A DNA stretch of 64,000 nt from an uncultured Candidatus Saccharibacteria bacterium (GCA_964655375.1 CAZZNB010000042.1:8564-72563), one strand, 5' to 3'. Positions 29,866 to 42,472 are shown, numbered from the stretch's first letter. Numbers and translations are program-made. The notes: a model not told the origin generated them from the sequence alone.

Positions 29866-32800
29866 ATGATTTTGCAAAAAAAATTTTTCTCTAAATTCAA
29901 AATAGACTATCCTGAAGATCTTTTAGAATATCAAAAAGAAAGTTTTGAGAATTTTATCAATAAGGGCCTGAAAAAGGTTTTTTTGGAATATTTCCCAATA
30001 TTTGATTATTCTGAAAAAGAACTTAGGCTAGATTTTGTAGACTGTTATTTAGGAAAGCCAAAATATTCAGAAGAAGAATGCAAAGAAAAAGGATGGACAT
30101 ACTCTGCTCCATTAAGGGGGAAATTGAGATTAACAAATCTAATAAATAATGAATCATCTGAACAAGATGTTTATTTAGGTGAGATTCCTATCTTAACAGA
30201 TAGATGCACATTTATAATAAATGGAAATGAAAGAATTATCGTAAGTCAACTTTTGAGATCCCCAGGTGTTTATTTTACAGCTATTCCATATGGTGAAAGA
30301 AAATTGTTTGGGGCTAAAATAATTCCTTTTAGAGGAGCCTGGTTAGAATTTCAAGTAGAACCTAGTAATATATTACAAGTTAAGATAGATAGAAGGAAAA
30401 AAGTATACGCTACTATATTATTAAAAGCCTTCGGGATCTCTTTAGAAGAAATAAAAGATCAGTTTAAAGAACTAGATGAAGGAGTAAATATAATAAGAGA
30501 TACTTTAAAAAAAGATGATACTGAAGATACCGAAGATGCTTTACTCTATATCCACTTAAAACTTAGAAGTTTTGAGCCTAATACTTATGATAATGCACTG
30601 CTGTTATTTGAAAATATGTTTAGAAGGGCTGATAGATATTCTTTGTCTGAGGTTGGAAGATACCATATAAATAGAAGACTTAATTTGAGTTTAAATTCTC
30701 TTTTTATAGAAAAAGATGATCTTATAGAAATAGTTAAAGAAATATTAAGATTACAGAAAAATCCAAAAGCAGAACCAGACGATATAGATGCATTATGGAA
30801 TAGAAGAGTTAAAGGGATAGGAGAACTTTTAGAAAACCAAACAAGGATAGGGCTTATAAGAATGGTAAAAGCTATTAAAGATAAAATGGCTGTTTTAGAT
30901 AAGACACAAAAGCTTGTTCCTGGGCAGGTAATTTATTCTAAGGTGTTTTCTAATGCCATAAACGAATTTTTTAATACTTCTCCTCTTTCTCAGATTGCTA
31001 CACAAATAAATATATTAGCAGAACTAGAACATAAAAGAAGATTAACAGCAAGCGGTCCTGGAGGTTTAACAAAAGAAAGAGCAGGTTTTGATGTAAGAGA
31101 TGTCCATCCAAGTCATTATGGGAGAATATGCCCTGTTCAAACTCCTGAAGGACAAAATATTGGCCTTATAACTTATAGAGCTCTTTATTCCAAAATCAAT
31201 GAATTCGGATTTTTAATAACCCCTTATTATAAAGTCAAAGAAGGAAAAGTTAATAGAAAAGAAATAATTTATCTCTCTTCATTAGAAGAAAAAAATTTCA
31301 AAATTGCAAGTGGCACAACAAGTCTTAATGAAAATGACGAAATAATTGATGAATATGTAGAAGGTAGGGTAAATGGAGAACCTACTTTGATCCATAAAGA
31401 TGAAGTTGAATTAATAGATGTTTCGCCTATACAGCCATTTTCAGTAGCTACAAATTTAATACCATTTTTAGTTCATGATGATGCAAATAGATCACAAATG
31501 GGCTCTAATATGCAAAAACAAGCTGTTCCTTTGATTAAGCCAGAAATCCCTATAATTAGCACAGGTTTAGAAGAAATAGTTGCAAAAAATAGCGGGTATT
31601 TAATTTTAGCAGAAGATGATGGAGAAGTGTTAGAAGTTGATGGTTCGCATCTTACAGTAGTTTATTATAGAAAAGGTGGTAAAAAAGAAAAGAAAACCTA
31701 TATTCTTAAGAAATATCAAAGAACTAATGATTTTACTTGTATAAATCAAAAACCTATTGTAGAAAAGGGACAAAAATTTAAAAAAGGTGATGTTTTAGTA
31801 GATGGCCCTAGTATGAAAAATGGGATTCTTGCTTTAGGAGCAAATCTTTTAGTAGCATTTTTAAGTTTTAGAGGATACAATTTTGAAGATGCTATAGTAG
31901 TTTCAGAAAGATTATTAAAAGAAGATACTTTTACTTCTATTTCTATTGAGGAGTTTTCTATAGATGTAAGAGATACAAAATTAGGCATGGAGGAGGTTAC
32001 TAATGATATACCTGGTGTTCCTGAAGCGAAGTTAAGAAATTTGGATGAGGAAGGAATAATAAGAATTGGAGCTAGAGTAAGACCGGGCGATATACTTGTT
32101 GGTAAAATAACACCCAAAAAAGAAGTAGAATTAACTCCAGAAGAAAAATTATTAAAGGCAATATTTGGTGAAAAAGTTGAAGAAGTGAAAGATTCATCTT
32201 TGTATTTAGAACCAGGTAAATCAGGAAGAGTTATAAGGGTAAAAGTTTTAGAAAGAAATAGAGGAGAAATATCTGAGCCTGGGGTTATTAAAAGAATCTC
32301 TGTTGAAGTAGCTAAACTTAAAAGACTTCAAATAGGAGATAAATTAGCAAATAGACATGGTAATAAAGGCGTAATCTCGGTAATTTTACCAGAAGAAGAC
32401 ATGCCATTTTTGAAAGATGGTAGACCCGTAGATATAATTTTATCACCATTAGGTGTTGTATCTAGAATGAACTTAGGTCAAATTTTAGAACTGCATTTAG
32501 GATATGCTGCTAAAGTTTTAGGATATAGAGCAATAGTACCATCAATTTCAAAAGTTGGCGAAGAAGAAATAAGAGAAGAACTTAAAAAAGCAGGATTACC
32601 AGAAGATGGGAAAGTAGAATTATATGATGGAAGAACCGGTGAGAAATTTAAAGATAGAATAAGTGTAGGAGTAATGTATATAATGAAATTAATTCATATG
32701 GCGGAAGATAAAATTCACGCAAGATCAATTGGTCCATATTCATTAATAACTCAACAACCATTAGGAGGTAAAGCACAATTTGGCGGACAAAGATTAGGAG

Positions 32801-33108
32801 AAATGGAAGTATGGGCTTTAGAAGCATATTCTGCAGTCAATAATTTACAAGAAATGTTAACTATAAAATCAGATGATGTTTATGGAAGAGGCAAGGCGTA
32901 TACAAGCATTATAAAAGGAGAACCCATACAGACACCTGCTATTCCATCTTCATTTAATCTTTTAATAAAAGAATTAAATGGTTTAGGATTTTCTATTGAT
33001 GTCAAAAAAGAAGAAATGCCTCCTAAAAAGGAAGAAATACCAAAAGTTGAGACTGAAAAAGAAAAACTACCTGAAGCAGGCGCAGAAGTAAAAGAAGAGA
33101 TTAAATAA
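29866..33108 (+). CDS. rpoB: RNA polymerase beta subunit
   Basis: [34 protein letters not shown]. Confidence 0.99.
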   Translation: MILQKKFFSKFKIDYPEDLLEYQKESFENFINKGLKKVFLEYFPIFDYSEKELRLDFVDCYLGKPKYSEEECKEKGWTYSAPLRGKLRLTNLINNESSEQDVYLGEIPILTDRCTFIINGNERIIVSQLLRSPGVYFTAIPYGERKLFGAKIIPFRGAWLEFQVEPSNILQVKIDRRKKVYATILLKAFGISLEEIKDQFKELDEGVNIIRDTLKKDDTEDTEDALLYIHLKLRSFEPNTYDNALLLFENMFRRADRYSLSEVGRYHINRRLNLSLNSLFIEKDDLIEIVKEILRLQKNPKAEPDDIDALWNRRVKGIGELLENQTRIGLIRMVKAIKDKMAVLDKTQKLVPGQVIYSKVFSNAINEFFNTSPLSQIATQINILAELEHKRRLTASGPGGLTKERAGFDVRDVHPSHYGRICPVQTPEGQNIGLITYRALYSKINEFGFLITPYYKVKEGKVNRKEIIYLSSLEEKNFKIASGTTSLNENDEIIDEYVEGRVNGEPTLIHKDEVELIDVSPIQPFSVATNLIPFLVHDDANRSQMGSNMQKQAVPLIKPEIPIISTGLEEIVAKNSGYLILAEDDGEVLEVDGSHLTVVYYRKGGKKEKKTYILKKYQRTNDFTCINQKPIVEKGQKFKKGDVLVDGPSMKNGILALGANLLVAFLSFRGYNFEDAIVVSERLLKEDTFTSISIEEFSIDVRDTKLGMEEVTNDIPGVPEAKLRNLDEEGIIRIGARVRPGDILVGKITPKKEVELTPEEKLLKAIFGEKVEEVKDSSLYLEPGKSGRVIRVKVLERNRGEISEPGVIKRISVEVAKLKRLQIGDKLANRHGNKGVISVILPEEDMPFLKDGRPVDIILSPLGVVSRMNLGQILELHLGYAAKVLGYRAIVPSISKVGEEEIREELKKAGLPEDGKVELYDGRTGEKFKDRISVGVMYIMKLIHMAEDKIHARSIGPYSLITQQPLGGKAQFGGQRLGEMEVWALEAYSAVNNLQEMLTIKSDDVYGRGKAYTSIIKGEPIQTPAIPSSFNLLIKELNGLGFSIDVKKEEMPPKKEEIPKVETEKEKLPEAGAEVKEEIK

Positions 33109-33110
33109 AA

Positions 33111-36100
33111 ATGAGATATATTAAACAAGAAGATATAAAATCAATTTTAATAAAGTTAGCTTCTCCTGAAGAGATTTTAAATTGGTCTCATGGTGAAGTT
33201 ACCAAACCAGAAACAATTAATTACAGAACAGGTAAACCTGATAGAGAAGGATTATTTTCTGAAGTCATCTTCGGTCCTATTAAGGATTTTGAATGTTCTT
33301 GTGGCAAATATAAGGGAATTCAATTTGCTAATTTAAGATGTGATAGATGTGGTGTAGATATAATAAGATCGTCTGCTAGAAGAGAAAGAATGGGGCATAT
33401 AATGCTAGCAACGCCTATTATGCATATTTGGTTTCTAAAAGTTTATCCATACCCAGTTTCTTTACTTTTAGGTATTCCTAACAACCAATTAGAAAGAGTA
33501 GTTTATTTTTCAGCTTATATAATTACAAGAGTAAATGAAGAAGAAAAAAATAAATTATTGCAAAGCATAGAGAAAGAATATAAAGAAAAAATAAAGAAAG
33601 CAGAAAGTAAAAAAGCTAGAGAAGAAATTGAAGAAACTTATAAAAAAATCAAAGAGGAATTAAATATGCTAAAACCCAAAAAAGTATTATCTGATGTTGA
33701 ATATTACACTTTTTCCAGAAAGTATCCTAATATTTTTGAAGTCGATACTGGCGCAGAACCAATTAGAAGATTTTTAGAGGAGCTAGATTTAGAAAAAGAA
33801 GCAAAAGAAACAGAAAGTAAGCTTAAAAAATTGAAGGGAGCAGAAAGAAGGAAACTTTCGTTGAAATTAAAATTTCTTAAGGCTTTTATTAAACATAAAA
33901 TAAGACCAGAATGGATGATATTAACTATTTTACCTGTAATTCCTCCAGACCTTAGGCCAATAGTCCAATTAGAAGGTGGTAAATTAGTTTCTTCAGACCT
34001 GAATGATCTTTATAGAAGAGTTATAAATAGAAACAATAGACTCAAAAAGCTTTATGAAATTAAAGCTCCTGATATTATTATAAGAAATGAAAAAAGGATG
34101 CTTCAAGAAGCAGTTGATGCTTTGTTAGATAATACTTTAAGAAGGGAGAAATTAGTAGTAGCCCAAAGAAAGGTTATGAAATCTTTGGCCGATATGTTAA
34201 GAGGTAAACAAGGAAGATTTAGACAAAATTTATTAGGAAAAAGAGTTGATTATTCTGGAAGAGCAGTAATTGTTATAGGACCTGAACTTAACATTGACGA
34301 ATGTGGATTACCTAAAAAAATGGCCTTGGAGATATTTAAACCTTTTATAATTCGTGAACTTATTAAAAAAGGAATAGCTAATACAATTAAACAGGCAAAT
34401 TATTTAATAGAGTCTGAAGATCCTGAAGCTATTCAAGCATTAGATTCAGTTGTTAAGGATAAATATGTGCTTTTAAATAGAGCACCCACATTACATAGAT
34501 TAGGGATTCAAGCATTTAAACCAATTTTAGTAGAAGGTTTAGCTCTCAGAATTCCAGCATTAGTTTGCACCGCTTATAATGCAGATTTCGATGGTGACCA
34601 AATGGCTGTATTTCTTCCCCTTTCTGAAGAAGCACAAAAAGAGGCTAAAGAAATTATGCTTGCATCTAAAAATCATTTAAAGCCAGGAACAGGAGAAGCG
34701 ATAACAAATCCGACAAAGGATATAGTTTTAGGATTATACTATTTAACACAAATAATAAAAGGTAAAAAAGGAGAAGGCAAAAAAGTTTATGATGAAGTTG
34801 AGGCTAAGTTATTATATGAATATGGTGAAATTGACCTAAATGCAGAAATAATTGTTAAAACATGTAAAAATGAAGAGAATGTTAAAACTTCTGTTGGTAG
34901 AATAATATTTAATGAAGCTCTACCTTCAGATTTTCATTATGTTAATAAAACTATTGATAAAAAAACAATAGTAAAACTTATAGATGAAATTTATTCTAAA
35001 TACGGAGCAGAAGAACTTTCTTATATTCTTAATAAAATAAAAGATTTGGGATTCGAATACGCCACACTTTCAGGAATTTCATGGGCTTATTCAGACCTTG
35101 TTATTCCAGAAGAAAAAGAAAAAATTATAGAAGAAACTCGAAAAAAAGAAATGGAAATTAAAAAGACTTATGAAGCGGGTTTATTAAGCGATGAAGAAAA
35201 GAAAATGTTAATTATAGATTTATGGTTAAAAGCTACTTCAGAAATTAATAACTTATTAAAGAAAACCTTAAATGAAGAAAATGGTCCAAGGAGAATGATA
35301 GATTCTGGAGCAAGAGGTTCCTATACTCAATTAGGACAAATGTGTGGAATAAAAGGATTGGTTGAAAATCCAAAAGGAGAAACTATAGATCTTCCTATAT
35401 TGAGTTCATACAAAGAAGGTCTATCCTCATTGGAATACTTCATAAGTACCCATGGAGCAAGAAAAGGAGCCTCTGATACTGCTTTAAAAACAGCAAAAGC
35501 AGGTTATCTTACAAGAAGAATGGTAGATGTAGCTCACGATATTGTTGTAGTAGATGAAGATTGTAAAGATGAAGAAGGAATAGAAATTACTAGAAAAGAA
35601 GCTGAAGAAGTTGGTGAAGAATTTTCTAAAAGGATATATTCAAGAGTTTCTTTAGAAACCATCAAAGATAGTGAAGGAAATATTCTAATTAATAAAGGAG
35701 AATATATTACTAAAGAAATAGCTAAAAAGATAGATGAAGCAGGTGTTGAGAAAATAAGAGTAAGGTCACCGTTTACTTGCAAGTCATTATTTGGAGTCTG
35801 CGCAAAATGTTATGGTTTAGATTTAGCTTATGATAAACCGGTAAAAATAGGTGAAAGTGTTGGTATAATTGCTGCCCAATCTATAGGTGAACCTGCTACT
35901 CAACTTACAATGAGAACGTTTCACGTTGGAGGAGTAGCTGGTGCTGCAGATATTACTCAAGGTGTGCCACGAGCAGAAGAATTGTTAGAAGCTAGAAAGC
36001 CCAAAAATGAAAGTGTTTTATCTCCTGTAAATGGAATCGTAGAATCTATTGAAGAAACACCTAAATATTGGAAAGTAGTTATAAGAGGGCCCAGAAGGAA

Positions 36101-36677
36101 GAAAATTACATTACATATACCAAGATCCTTATCGTTGGTAGTTAAGAAAGGTCAAAAAGTTGAAAAAGGTGATCCATTGAATGAAGGAGCTAAAGATCCT
36201 AAATTAGTATATCTATATCAAGGTAAAATTGCTGCATTTAAATATATTATTAATGAACTAAAGAAAGTATATAATTTCCAAGGAGCCGAGATTCATGATA
36301 AACATATAGAAATAATAATTAGAAAAATGTTCTCAAGAGTTAAAATTAAAGAAGTTGGAGATAGTAATTTTATTTATGATGATATAGTTGAAAAAGATAT
36401 TCTAATATTTACTAATAGAAAATTAAAAGAACAAAATAAAAAACCTGCTAAAGGTATTTTGTTACTTTTAGGAATAACAAAAGTCGCTCTTACTACTCAT
36501 AGCTTTTTATCTGCAGCATCTTTTCAAGAGACTGCAAGAGTTCTTACAAGAAGTTCTTTAGAATGCAAAGAGGATCCACTTAAAGGATTGAAAGAAAATA
36601 TAATTTTGGGTAGAAAACCATATATAGGAAGCAACTTTAAACATCCATTAAAGATTTTAGAAAATATCAATTTATAA
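33111..36677 (+). CDS. rpoC: RNA polymerase beta' subunit
   Basis: [25 protein letters not shown]. Confidence 0.99.
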   Translation: MRYIKQEDIKSILIKLASPEEILNWSHGEVTKPETINYRTGKPDREGLFSEVIFGPIKDFECSCGKYKGIQFANLRCDRCGVDIIRSSARRERMGHIMLATPIMHIWFLKVYPYPVSLLLGIPNNQLERVVYFSAYIITRVNEEEKNKLLQSIEKEYKEKIKKAESKKAREEIEETYKKIKEELNMLKPKKVLSDVEYYTFSRKYPNIFEVDTGAEPIRRFLEELDLEKEAKETESKLKKLKGAERRKLSLKLKFLKAFIKHKIRPEWMILTILPVIPPDLRPIVQLEGGKLVSSDLNDLYRRVINRNNRLKKLYEIKAPDIIIRNEKRMLQEAVDALLDNTLRREKLVVAQRKVMKSLADMLRGKQGRFRQNLLGKRVDYSGRAVIVIGPELNIDECGLPKKMALEIFKPFIIRELIKKGIANTIKQANYLIESEDPEAIQALDSVVKDKYVLLNRAPTLHRLGIQAFKPILVEGLALRIPALVCTAYNADFDGDQMAVFLPLSEEAQKEAKEIMLASKNHLKPGTGEAITNPTKDIVLGLYYLTQIIKGKKGEGKKVYDEVEAKLLYEYGEIDLNAEIIVKTCKNEENVKTSVGRIIFNEALPSDFHYVNKTIDKKTIVKLIDEIYSKYGAEELSYILNKIKDLGFEYATLSGISWAYSDLVIPEEKEKIIEETRKKEMEIKKTYEAGLLSDEEKKMLIIDLWLKATSEINNLLKKTLNEENGPRRMIDSGARGSYTQLGQMCGIKGLVENPKGETIDLPILSSYKEGLSSLEYFISTHGARKGASDTALKTAKAGYLTRRMVDVAHDIVVVDEDCKDEEGIEITRKEAEEVGEEFSKRIYSRVSLETIKDSEGNILINKGEYITKEIAKKIDEAGVEKIRVRSPFTCKSLFGVCAKCYGLDLAYDKPVKIGESVGIIAAQSIGEPATQLTMRTFHVGGVAGAADITQGVPRAEELLEARKPKNESVLSPVNGIVESIEETPKYWKVVIRGPRRKKITLHIPRSLSLVVKKGQKVEKGDPLNEGAKDPKLVYLYQGKIAAFKYIINELKKVYNFQGAEIHDKHIEIIIRKMFSRVKIKEVGDSNFIYDDIVEKDILIFTNRKLKEQNKKPAKGILLLLGITKVALTTHSFLSAASFQETARVLTRSSLECKEDPLKGLKENIILGRKPYIGSNFKHPLKILENINL

Positions 36678-36680
36678 ATA

Positions 36681-36709
36681 TTGACTTTTGATTAAATATG
36701 GATTACAAT
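36681..36709 (+). promoter_or_regulatory. Sigma70 promoter of tuf
   Basis: TTGACT-17 bp-TACAAT. Confidence 0.65.
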
Positions 36710-36749
36710 TTTACAATAATTTAAGGTCGCAATAAAAATATATCTAAAA

Positions 36750-37949
36750 ATGGCAGCAGCAAAATTTGAAAGAACAAAACCCCATATAAATGTAGGTACA
36801 ATAGGACACATTGATCATGGGAAAACTACATTGACGGCAGCTATTCAACATGTATTAAAGTTAAAAGGTCTTATAGAAAAAGCAGAAACAGTAGAAGAGA
36901 TAGATAATGCTCCAGAAGAAAAAACAAGAGGTATTACAATAAATATTCATCATTCTGAATACGAAACAGAAAAAAGACACTATGCTCATATTGATTGCCC
37001 TGGACATGCTGATTATGTAAAAAATATGATAATTGGCGCTGCTCAAATGGATGGCGCAATTTTAGTTGTAGCTGCTAATGATGGTGTTATGGCACAGACA
37101 AGAGAACATATTCTTTTAGCAAGACAAGTAAATGTACCTGCAATGATTGTTTTTATCAATAAAATAGATGCAGTCCCTGATAAGGAACTTATAGAATTAG
37201 TAGAAGAAGATGTTAGAAATGAACTAAAAAAATATGGATATCCTGGAGATGAAATTCCAGTTATAAAAGGATCCGCCTTAAAAGCTTTAGAAGCTAAAAG
37301 CTTAGAAGATGAATGGACAAAACCCATTTTAGAATTATTAGATGCTTTAGACAATTATATTCCTGAACCCATAAGAGATGTAGATAAACCATTTTTAATG
37401 CCTATCGAAGATGTATTCTCTATACAAGGTAGAGGTACAGTAGTTACAGGAAGAGTAGAAAGAGGAATATTGAAGTTAAATGAAGAAGTAGAAATTGTGG
37501 GCTTAAGAGAAAAACCAATAAAAACTACAGTAACAGGAATTCAAATGTTTCATAAAGATTTAGATGAAGCTCATCCAGGTGATAATGTTGGTCTTCTTTT
37601 AAGAGGAATAGCGAAAGAAGAAGTAGAAAGAGGTATGGTTGTAGCAAAGCCAGGGACTATTACACCTCATATAGAATTTGAAGCAGAGGTTTATGTGTTA
37701 ACTCCAGAAGAAGGAGGAAGACATACACCATTTCATACAGGATATAAACCTCAATTTTACTTCAGAACAACAGATGTGACAGGCGAAATATTTTTACCAG
37801 AAGGAATCGAAGCAGTTATGCCAGGAGATAATGCTACATTTAAGGTGAAATTGATTTATCCTATTGCTTTAGAAGAAGGATTAAGATTCGCTATTAGAGA
37901 AGGAGGTAAAACAGTAGGAGCAGGTGTAGTAACAAAAGTAATCAAATGA
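36750..37949 (+). CDS. tuf: Elongation factor Tu
   Basis: [34 protein letters not shown]. Confidence 0.99.
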   Translation: MAAAKFERTKPHINVGTIGHIDHGKTTLTAAIQHVLKLKGLIEKAETVEEIDNAPEEKTRGITINIHHSEYETEKRHYAHIDCPGHADYVKNMIIGAAQMDGAILVVAANDGVMAQTREHILLARQVNVPAMIVFINKIDAVPDKELIELVEEDVRNELKKYGYPGDEIPVIKGSALKALEAKSLEDEWTKPILELLDALDNYIPEPIRDVDKPFLMPIEDVFSIQGRGTVVTGRVERGILKLNEEVEIVGLREKPIKTTVTGIQMFHKDLDEAHPGDNVGLLLRGIAKEEVERGMVVAKPGTITPHIEFEAEVYVLTPEEGGRHTPFHTGYKPQFYFRTTDVTGEIFLPEGIEAVMPGDNATFKVKLIYPIALEEGLRFAIREGGKTVGAGVVTKVIK

Positions 37950-37976
37950 CAATAAGTTAATTTTTTGCACACAAAA

Positions 37977-38303
37977 ATGTCCACTAAACAAAAAATAGAG
38001 CAGAGATTAAGAATAAGATTGAAATCTTACGATCATAGATTGATAGATAAATATGCAAAACAATTAGTAGATATGCTTTTGAAAGAAGGTATGCAAATAA
38101 AGGGACCTATTCCTTTACCTACAGAAATTAAACGTTTTACTGTTAATAGATCTCCTTTTATTTATAAAGATTCTCGAGAGCAATTTGAGTTAAGGATCCA
38201 TAAAAGATTAATAGATATTTTGAATCCTACTCCTAGAATAATTGAACTTTTTTCTTATTTAGATTTACCAGCAGGTGTTGAAATTGAACTAAAAATGATT
38301 TAA
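37977..38303 (+). CDS. rpsJ: 30S ribosomal protein uS10
   Basis: RIRLKSYDH, GPIPLPT, SREQFE..IHKRLID. Confidence 0.97.
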   Translation: MSTKQKIEQRLRIRLKSYDHRLIDKYAKQLVDMLLKEGMQIKGPIPLPTEIKRFTVNRSPFIYKDSREQFELRIHKRLIDILNPTPRIIELFSYLDLPAGVEIELKMI

Positions 38304-38355
38304 AATTTATTTCGATCTATTCCTTAAAATTAATATTTTTTTAATTTTTCCATTT

Positions 38356-38997
38356 ATGTACAAATTTATTTTAGGCAAAAAAATTGGTATGACAACTATT
38401 TTTAAAGATAATAAGGCATATCCTGTAACTTTAATAAGTGTTAACCCTTGTGTAGTAACTAATATTTTGACAAAAGAGAAAAATAAATACTCTGCAGTAC
38501 AATTAGGGTGTGGTGAAAAGAAGAAAATTCCTAAACCTGTTTTAGGCCAAGTACATAACCTTGGTAAATTTGCTGTTATTAAAGAATTTAGAGTTCCTGA
38601 GGATCCTAAAAACTTTAAAATCGGTGATATTATTGATATCAATATTTTTAAAGAAGGCGAAGAAGTAAATGTTACTTCTATAAGCAAAGGTAAGGGTTTT
38701 TTAGGTGTTGTAGCAAGGTGGGGTTTTAGAGATGCTCCAAGAACACATGGTCAAACTACAAAATATAGACACCCAGGATCTATCGGTGCTACTACTCCTC
38801 AAAGAGTAATTAAGGGTTTGAAAATGGCAGGTAAAGAAGGGAACAAAAGAGTAACAGTAAAAAATTTAGAAATAGTTGCTATAGATAAAGAGAATAATTT
38901 AATAGCTTTAAAAGGAAGTGTTCCAGGAAGAAGAGGTACAATTGTAGAGATTAGAAGCGCAAATTTAACAAATAAAGGTAAATTAATTAACAAATAA
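38356..38997 (+). CDS. rplC: 50S ribosomal protein uL3
   Basis: GKKIGMT, SKGKGF.G, PGSIG, KGSVPG. Confidence 0.97.
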   Translation: MYKFILGKKIGMTTIFKDNKAYPVTLISVNPCVVTNILTKEKNKYSAVQLGCGEKKKIPKPVLGQVHNLGKFAVIKEFRVPEDPKNFKIGDIIDINIFKEGEEVNVTSISKGKGFLGVVARWGFRDAPRTHGQTTKYRHPGSIGATTPQRVIKGLKMAGKEGNKRVTVKNLEIVAIDKENNLIALKGSVPGRRGTIVEIRSANLTNKGKLINK

Positions 38998-39003
38998 ACA
39001 TCC

Positions 39004-39651
39004 ATGAAACTACCTTTGTATAATCAAAAAAACGAGATTATCGGAGAAATTGAAATTCCAGAAATTTTAGAAAAGATAGAAGTAAATATTCCTTTAATCC
39101 ATCAAGTAATGCGATGGCAAATTTTAAATTCTTATTATCCTTATGCTCATACAAAAACCCGTGCAGAAGTAAGAGGAGGAGGTAGAAAGCCTTGGCCGCA
39201 AAAGCATACTGGAAGAGCAAGACATGGCTCTATTAGATCACCTATTTGGAAAGGTGGAGGGGTTACTTTTGGCCCTAGAAAAGAAAAAATAAGAGCTATA
39301 AAAATTAATAAAAAAATGAAAAGAAAAGCTATATTAATGGTATTAGCTGAAAAAATCAGAAAAAACTATGCTAGATTTTTAGAAAGTTTAAAACCTGAAG
39401 AATATAAAACTAAATTTGTTCATAAAATGCTTATAAATTTTTTGTCACCTAGAAAAACAAAAAAGAAATATGAATCAGCACTTTTAATCTTACCCGAAAA
39501 CGATAAAATGCTTATAAAATCAGTTAGGAATTTACCTTATGCTAATGCTATCGAAGCAAGAAATTTAAACATTCTTTCTTTATTAAATCATAAATATATT
39601 TTTTTAGAACCTAAAAGCTTAGAGGTAATTGTTAAAAATTTTGCAAAATAA
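39004..39651 (+). CDS. rplD: 50S ribosomal protein uL4
   Basis: RAEVRGGGRKPWPQKHTGRARHGSIRSP. Confidence 0.97.
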   Translation: MKLPLYNQKNEIIGEIEIPEILEKIEVNIPLIHQVMRWQILNSYYPYAHTKTRAEVRGGGRKPWPQKHTGRARHGSIRSPIWKGGGVTFGPRKEKIRAIKINKKMKRKAILMVLAEKIRKNYARFLESLKPEEYKTKFVHKMLINFLSPRKTKKKYESALLILPENDKMLIKSVRNLPYANAIEARNLNILSLLNHKYIFLEPKSLEVIVKNFAK

Positions 39652-40004
39652 TGGCTATATTTGATAAAAAATCAAAAAGAACAAAAGAAGAGCAAAAAGA
39701 AGTTGAAAAAAAACTACAAATGAACGAAAAAAATGTTGAAATAATACCTATTATTTCTGAAAAAAGCAAAAAATTAATAGAAAAAGACAACATATATGTA
39801 TTTAAAATAAAACCTAAAAATCTAAATAAAACTGAAATTAAGAAGTATATCGAAAAAAAATTTAATGTAAAAGTAGAAAAAGTAAGAACAGTTAATTATC
39901 CGAAAAGAAAAAGAGGTAGAACAAGAATACCTTCTGTAAGACCCGCTTTTAAAAAAGCATATGTTAAACTTAAAAAAGAATATAAAATTCCTATTTTTGA
40001 ATAA
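39651..40004 (+). CDS. rplW: 50S ribosomal protein uL23
   Basis: PIISEKS, YVFKI, FNVKVEKVRT, KKAYVKL. Confidence 0.93.
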   Translation: MAIFDKKSKRTKEEQKEVEKKLQMNEKNVEIIPIISEKSKKLIEKDNIYVFKIKPKNLNKTEIKKYIEKKFNVKVEKVRTVNYPKRKRGRTRIPSVRPAFKKAYVKLKKEYKIPIFE

Positions 40005-40041
40005 TTTTTAATTCTATAAAGTCTTTTATTATAATCTTTAT

Positions 40042-40314
40042 ATGAAAAAAGTTATCAAAAGAAAAGGTTATGAAGAAGAATTTAACCCAGAGAAAATTAA
40101 AATTGCTTTAGAAAAAGCATCTAGAGATGCAGGAGAAACCCAAATTTTTAGGATTGTTGAAGATGTAAGTAGAATAGCTTTAGAATTTTGCGAAGATAAA
40201 GAAATTATAGACTCTCAAGATATTAGAGAAGTAATATTAAGCTATCTTCAGGATAAATATCCAAAAGTATATCAAGCATGGATAGATTACGATAAAAATA
40301 TTAAAAATAAGTAA
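40042..40314 (+). CDS. Stand-alone ATP-cone domain protein
   Basis: VIKRKG..EEFNPEKI..AL..A, I.SQDIRE.IL..L. Confidence 0.85.
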   Translation: MKKVIKRKGYEEEFNPEKIKIALEKASRDAGETQIFRIVEDVSRIALEFCEDKEIIDSQDIREVILSYLQDKYPKVYQAWIDYDKNIKNK

Positions 40315-40316
40315 AA

Positions 40317-41819
40317 ATGGAAGTTTTACCTTTAGGAAAAGCCTATTTTAGAGATAGAACAATCAATTTTGGCATAAAAAAAGAAGATAGAAGAAGACAT
40401 ATTTATATTTTAGGAAAAACAGGAAGTGGGAAAACTACCCTTATAGAAAATATGATTTTCTATGATGTAAATACTAATCAAGGGATAGGCTATCTTGATC
40501 CTCATGGCGATAGTATTTTAAGAGTTTTGAAATTTATACCAAGACAAAGATTAGAAGATGTAATTTATTTTGATCCATCTGATATTGAATATCCTATAGG
40601 TTTTAATCCTTTAGAAAATGTAGATTTTGAACAGAGACATATAGTAGCTTCTAGTATTTTATCTGTGTTTAAAAAAATATGGGTAGATGCTTGGTCTGCA
40701 AGAATGGAATATATTTTAATGAATACTTTATTAGCTTTGTTAGAATTTCCTGGAACAACATTGCTAGATATTAATCGAATGTTAGGAGATGATCGATTTA
40801 GGAAAACTGTTTTAGATAATTTAAGAGATCCGGTTGTAAAAGCATTTTGGGAAAAAGAATTTGCAAGATACCATACTTCTTTTAGAGTAGAAGCTATAGC
40901 ACCAATTCAAAATAAAGTAGGTCAATTTATTGCTAGTCCCTTAATAAGAAATATAATAGGACAAGAAAAAAGCTCTTTCGATTTGAGAGAAATAATGGAT
41001 CAAGGAAAAATATTTTTAGCTAATCTTTCAAAGGGAAAACTTGGCGAAGAAAATTCAATGCTTTTAGGAGGCCTTTTAATTACAAAATTCCAGCTTGCTG
41101 CAATGAGTAGAGTTGATATCCCCGAAGATGAAAGAAGAGATTTTTATTTATATATAGATGAATTCCAAAATTTTGCTACAGAATCTTTTGTTAATATTTT
41201 ATCTGAAGCTAGAAAATATAGACTAAATTTAATTTTATCTCATCAATATTTAGACCAAGTTCCAGAATCTATTCTAAAAGCAGTTTTTGGTAATGTAGGT
41301 AATTTATTAATTTTTAAATGTGGAAGCTTAGATGCAGAAAGATTCGAAAAAGAGTTTGTAGACATAAAATCTTATGAATTTATAAATTTGCCCAAATTTC
41401 ATATTTATGCAAAAATTATTGTTGATGGAACTCCTACACCTCCATTTTTAGCTACTACTTTTCCTCCTAAAGAAATTCCTGAGATTTCTTATGAAGAAGA
41501 AATTATTAGGCTTTCAAGGATAAAATATGCTAAAAATAGAAGATTAGTAGAAAACAAAATATTTAAAAAATATAAAGAAACAGCTACTTCAGAAGATCAA
41601 GAATTAGCAGAATGTAAATATTGTGGAGAAATGTTTTGGAAAGATAAAAATGCAGATATAGAAATATGTTATGAATGTCAAGAAAAATATAAAAAAGGTG
41701 TAAAACTTTCTGAAATAACTTCTAAAAATTTAGGTGTATCTTTTAAACCAATGAACCCCCGTAAAGAAAAAGAGACAGATATTTTGGAAGATTTATTAAA
41801 AAAATTAAAATCAGAATAA
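40317..41819 (+). CDS. VirB4/VirD4-HerA-like P-loop ATPase with C-terminal CxxC..CxxC
   Basis: DRRRHIYILGKTGSGKT, DPHGD, LYIDEFQNF, SEARKY..HQY; CKYC...CYEC. Confidence 0.85.
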   Translation: MEVLPLGKAYFRDRTINFGIKKEDRRRHIYILGKTGSGKTTLIENMIFYDVNTNQGIGYLDPHGDSILRVLKFIPRQRLEDVIYFDPSDIEYPIGFNPLENVDFEQRHIVASSILSVFKKIWVDAWSARMEYILMNTLLALLEFPGTTLLDINRMLGDDRFRKTVLDNLRDPVVKAFWEKEFARYHTSFRVEAIAPIQNKVGQFIASPLIRNIIGQEKSSFDLREIMDQGKIFLANLSKGKLGEENSMLLGGLLITKFQLAAMSRVDIPEDERRDFYLYIDEFQNFATESFVNILSEARKYRLNLILSHQYLDQVPESILKAVFGNVGNLLIFKCGSLDAERFEKEFVDIKSYEFINLPKFHIYAKIIVDGTPTPPFLATTFPPKEIPEISYEEEIIRLSRIKYAKNRRLVENKIFKKYKETATSEDQELAECKYCGEMFWKDKNADIEICYECQEKYKKGVKLSEITSKNLGVSFKPMNPRKEKETDILEDLLKKLKSE

Positions 41820-41820
41820 A

Positions 41821-42375
41821 ATGAAAGCTAAATATTTTAAAATAGGAGATGTTATTAAAATAAATGGAGAGATTTGGAAAATTGTTAAAATTATTCACAC
41901 TCATAAAGGAAGAGGAAAGGCTGAGTTGGAATTACATTTAAAAAACTTGAAGAATAATAACTTTATAACAAAAATAATTAATCCTGAAGAAGACTTAGAA
42001 GAGCTAGAGATAGAGAAAAGGCCTATTAAATTTCTATATTCTAAGCAAAATAAATTTTATTTTATAGATGAAAATAATAAAAAATATGAAATAACTGCTG
42101 ATGAATTAGGTGATAAAGCTAAATTTATTAAAAAAGATTTAAATATTACAGGAATTTTTTATGAAAATGATTTAATTAATATAGAATTACCTGTCAAAGC
42201 TGTATATAAAGTAATTTATGCTCCTCCAGGACTTAAGGGTGATTCAGAAAAATCAAATTATAAGACTGTAATTATAGAAACAGGAGCAGAAATAGCAGTT
42301 CCTCTATTTATAAACGAAGGAGATTTAATAATTATAAATACAGAAAAAGAAGAATATGTTGAAAGGGCTAAATAA
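41821..42375 (+). CDS. efp: Elongation factor P
   Basis: HKGRGKA loop, PGLKGDS, ETGAEIAVPLFINEGD, EYVERA. Confidence 0.93.
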   Translation: MKAKYFKIGDVIKINGEIWKIVKIIHTHKGRGKAELELHLKNLKNNNFITKIINPEEDLEELEIEKRPIKFLYSKQNKFYFIDENNKKYEITADELGDKAKFIKKDLNITGIFYENDLINIELPVKAVYKVIYAPPGLKGDSEKSNYKTVIIETGAEIAVPLFINEGDLIIINTEKEEYVERAK

Positions 42376-42472
42376 AATATTTATTCTCGCCTGATTATTT
42401 GATCTAACTACAGGGGGTATATCTTTATAGATAATATAGTAGGTTATTTTATTTAATAATCCTTATTGAATC

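Noticed and set aside
37947-37949. UGA recoding (genetic code 25)
   Set aside because: TGA ends tuf and other genes at their expected C-termini, and conserved genes are uninterrupted under code 11.
40317-41819. Conjugative element
   Set aside because: No relaxase, mating-pair genes or boundaries; embedded among core genes.
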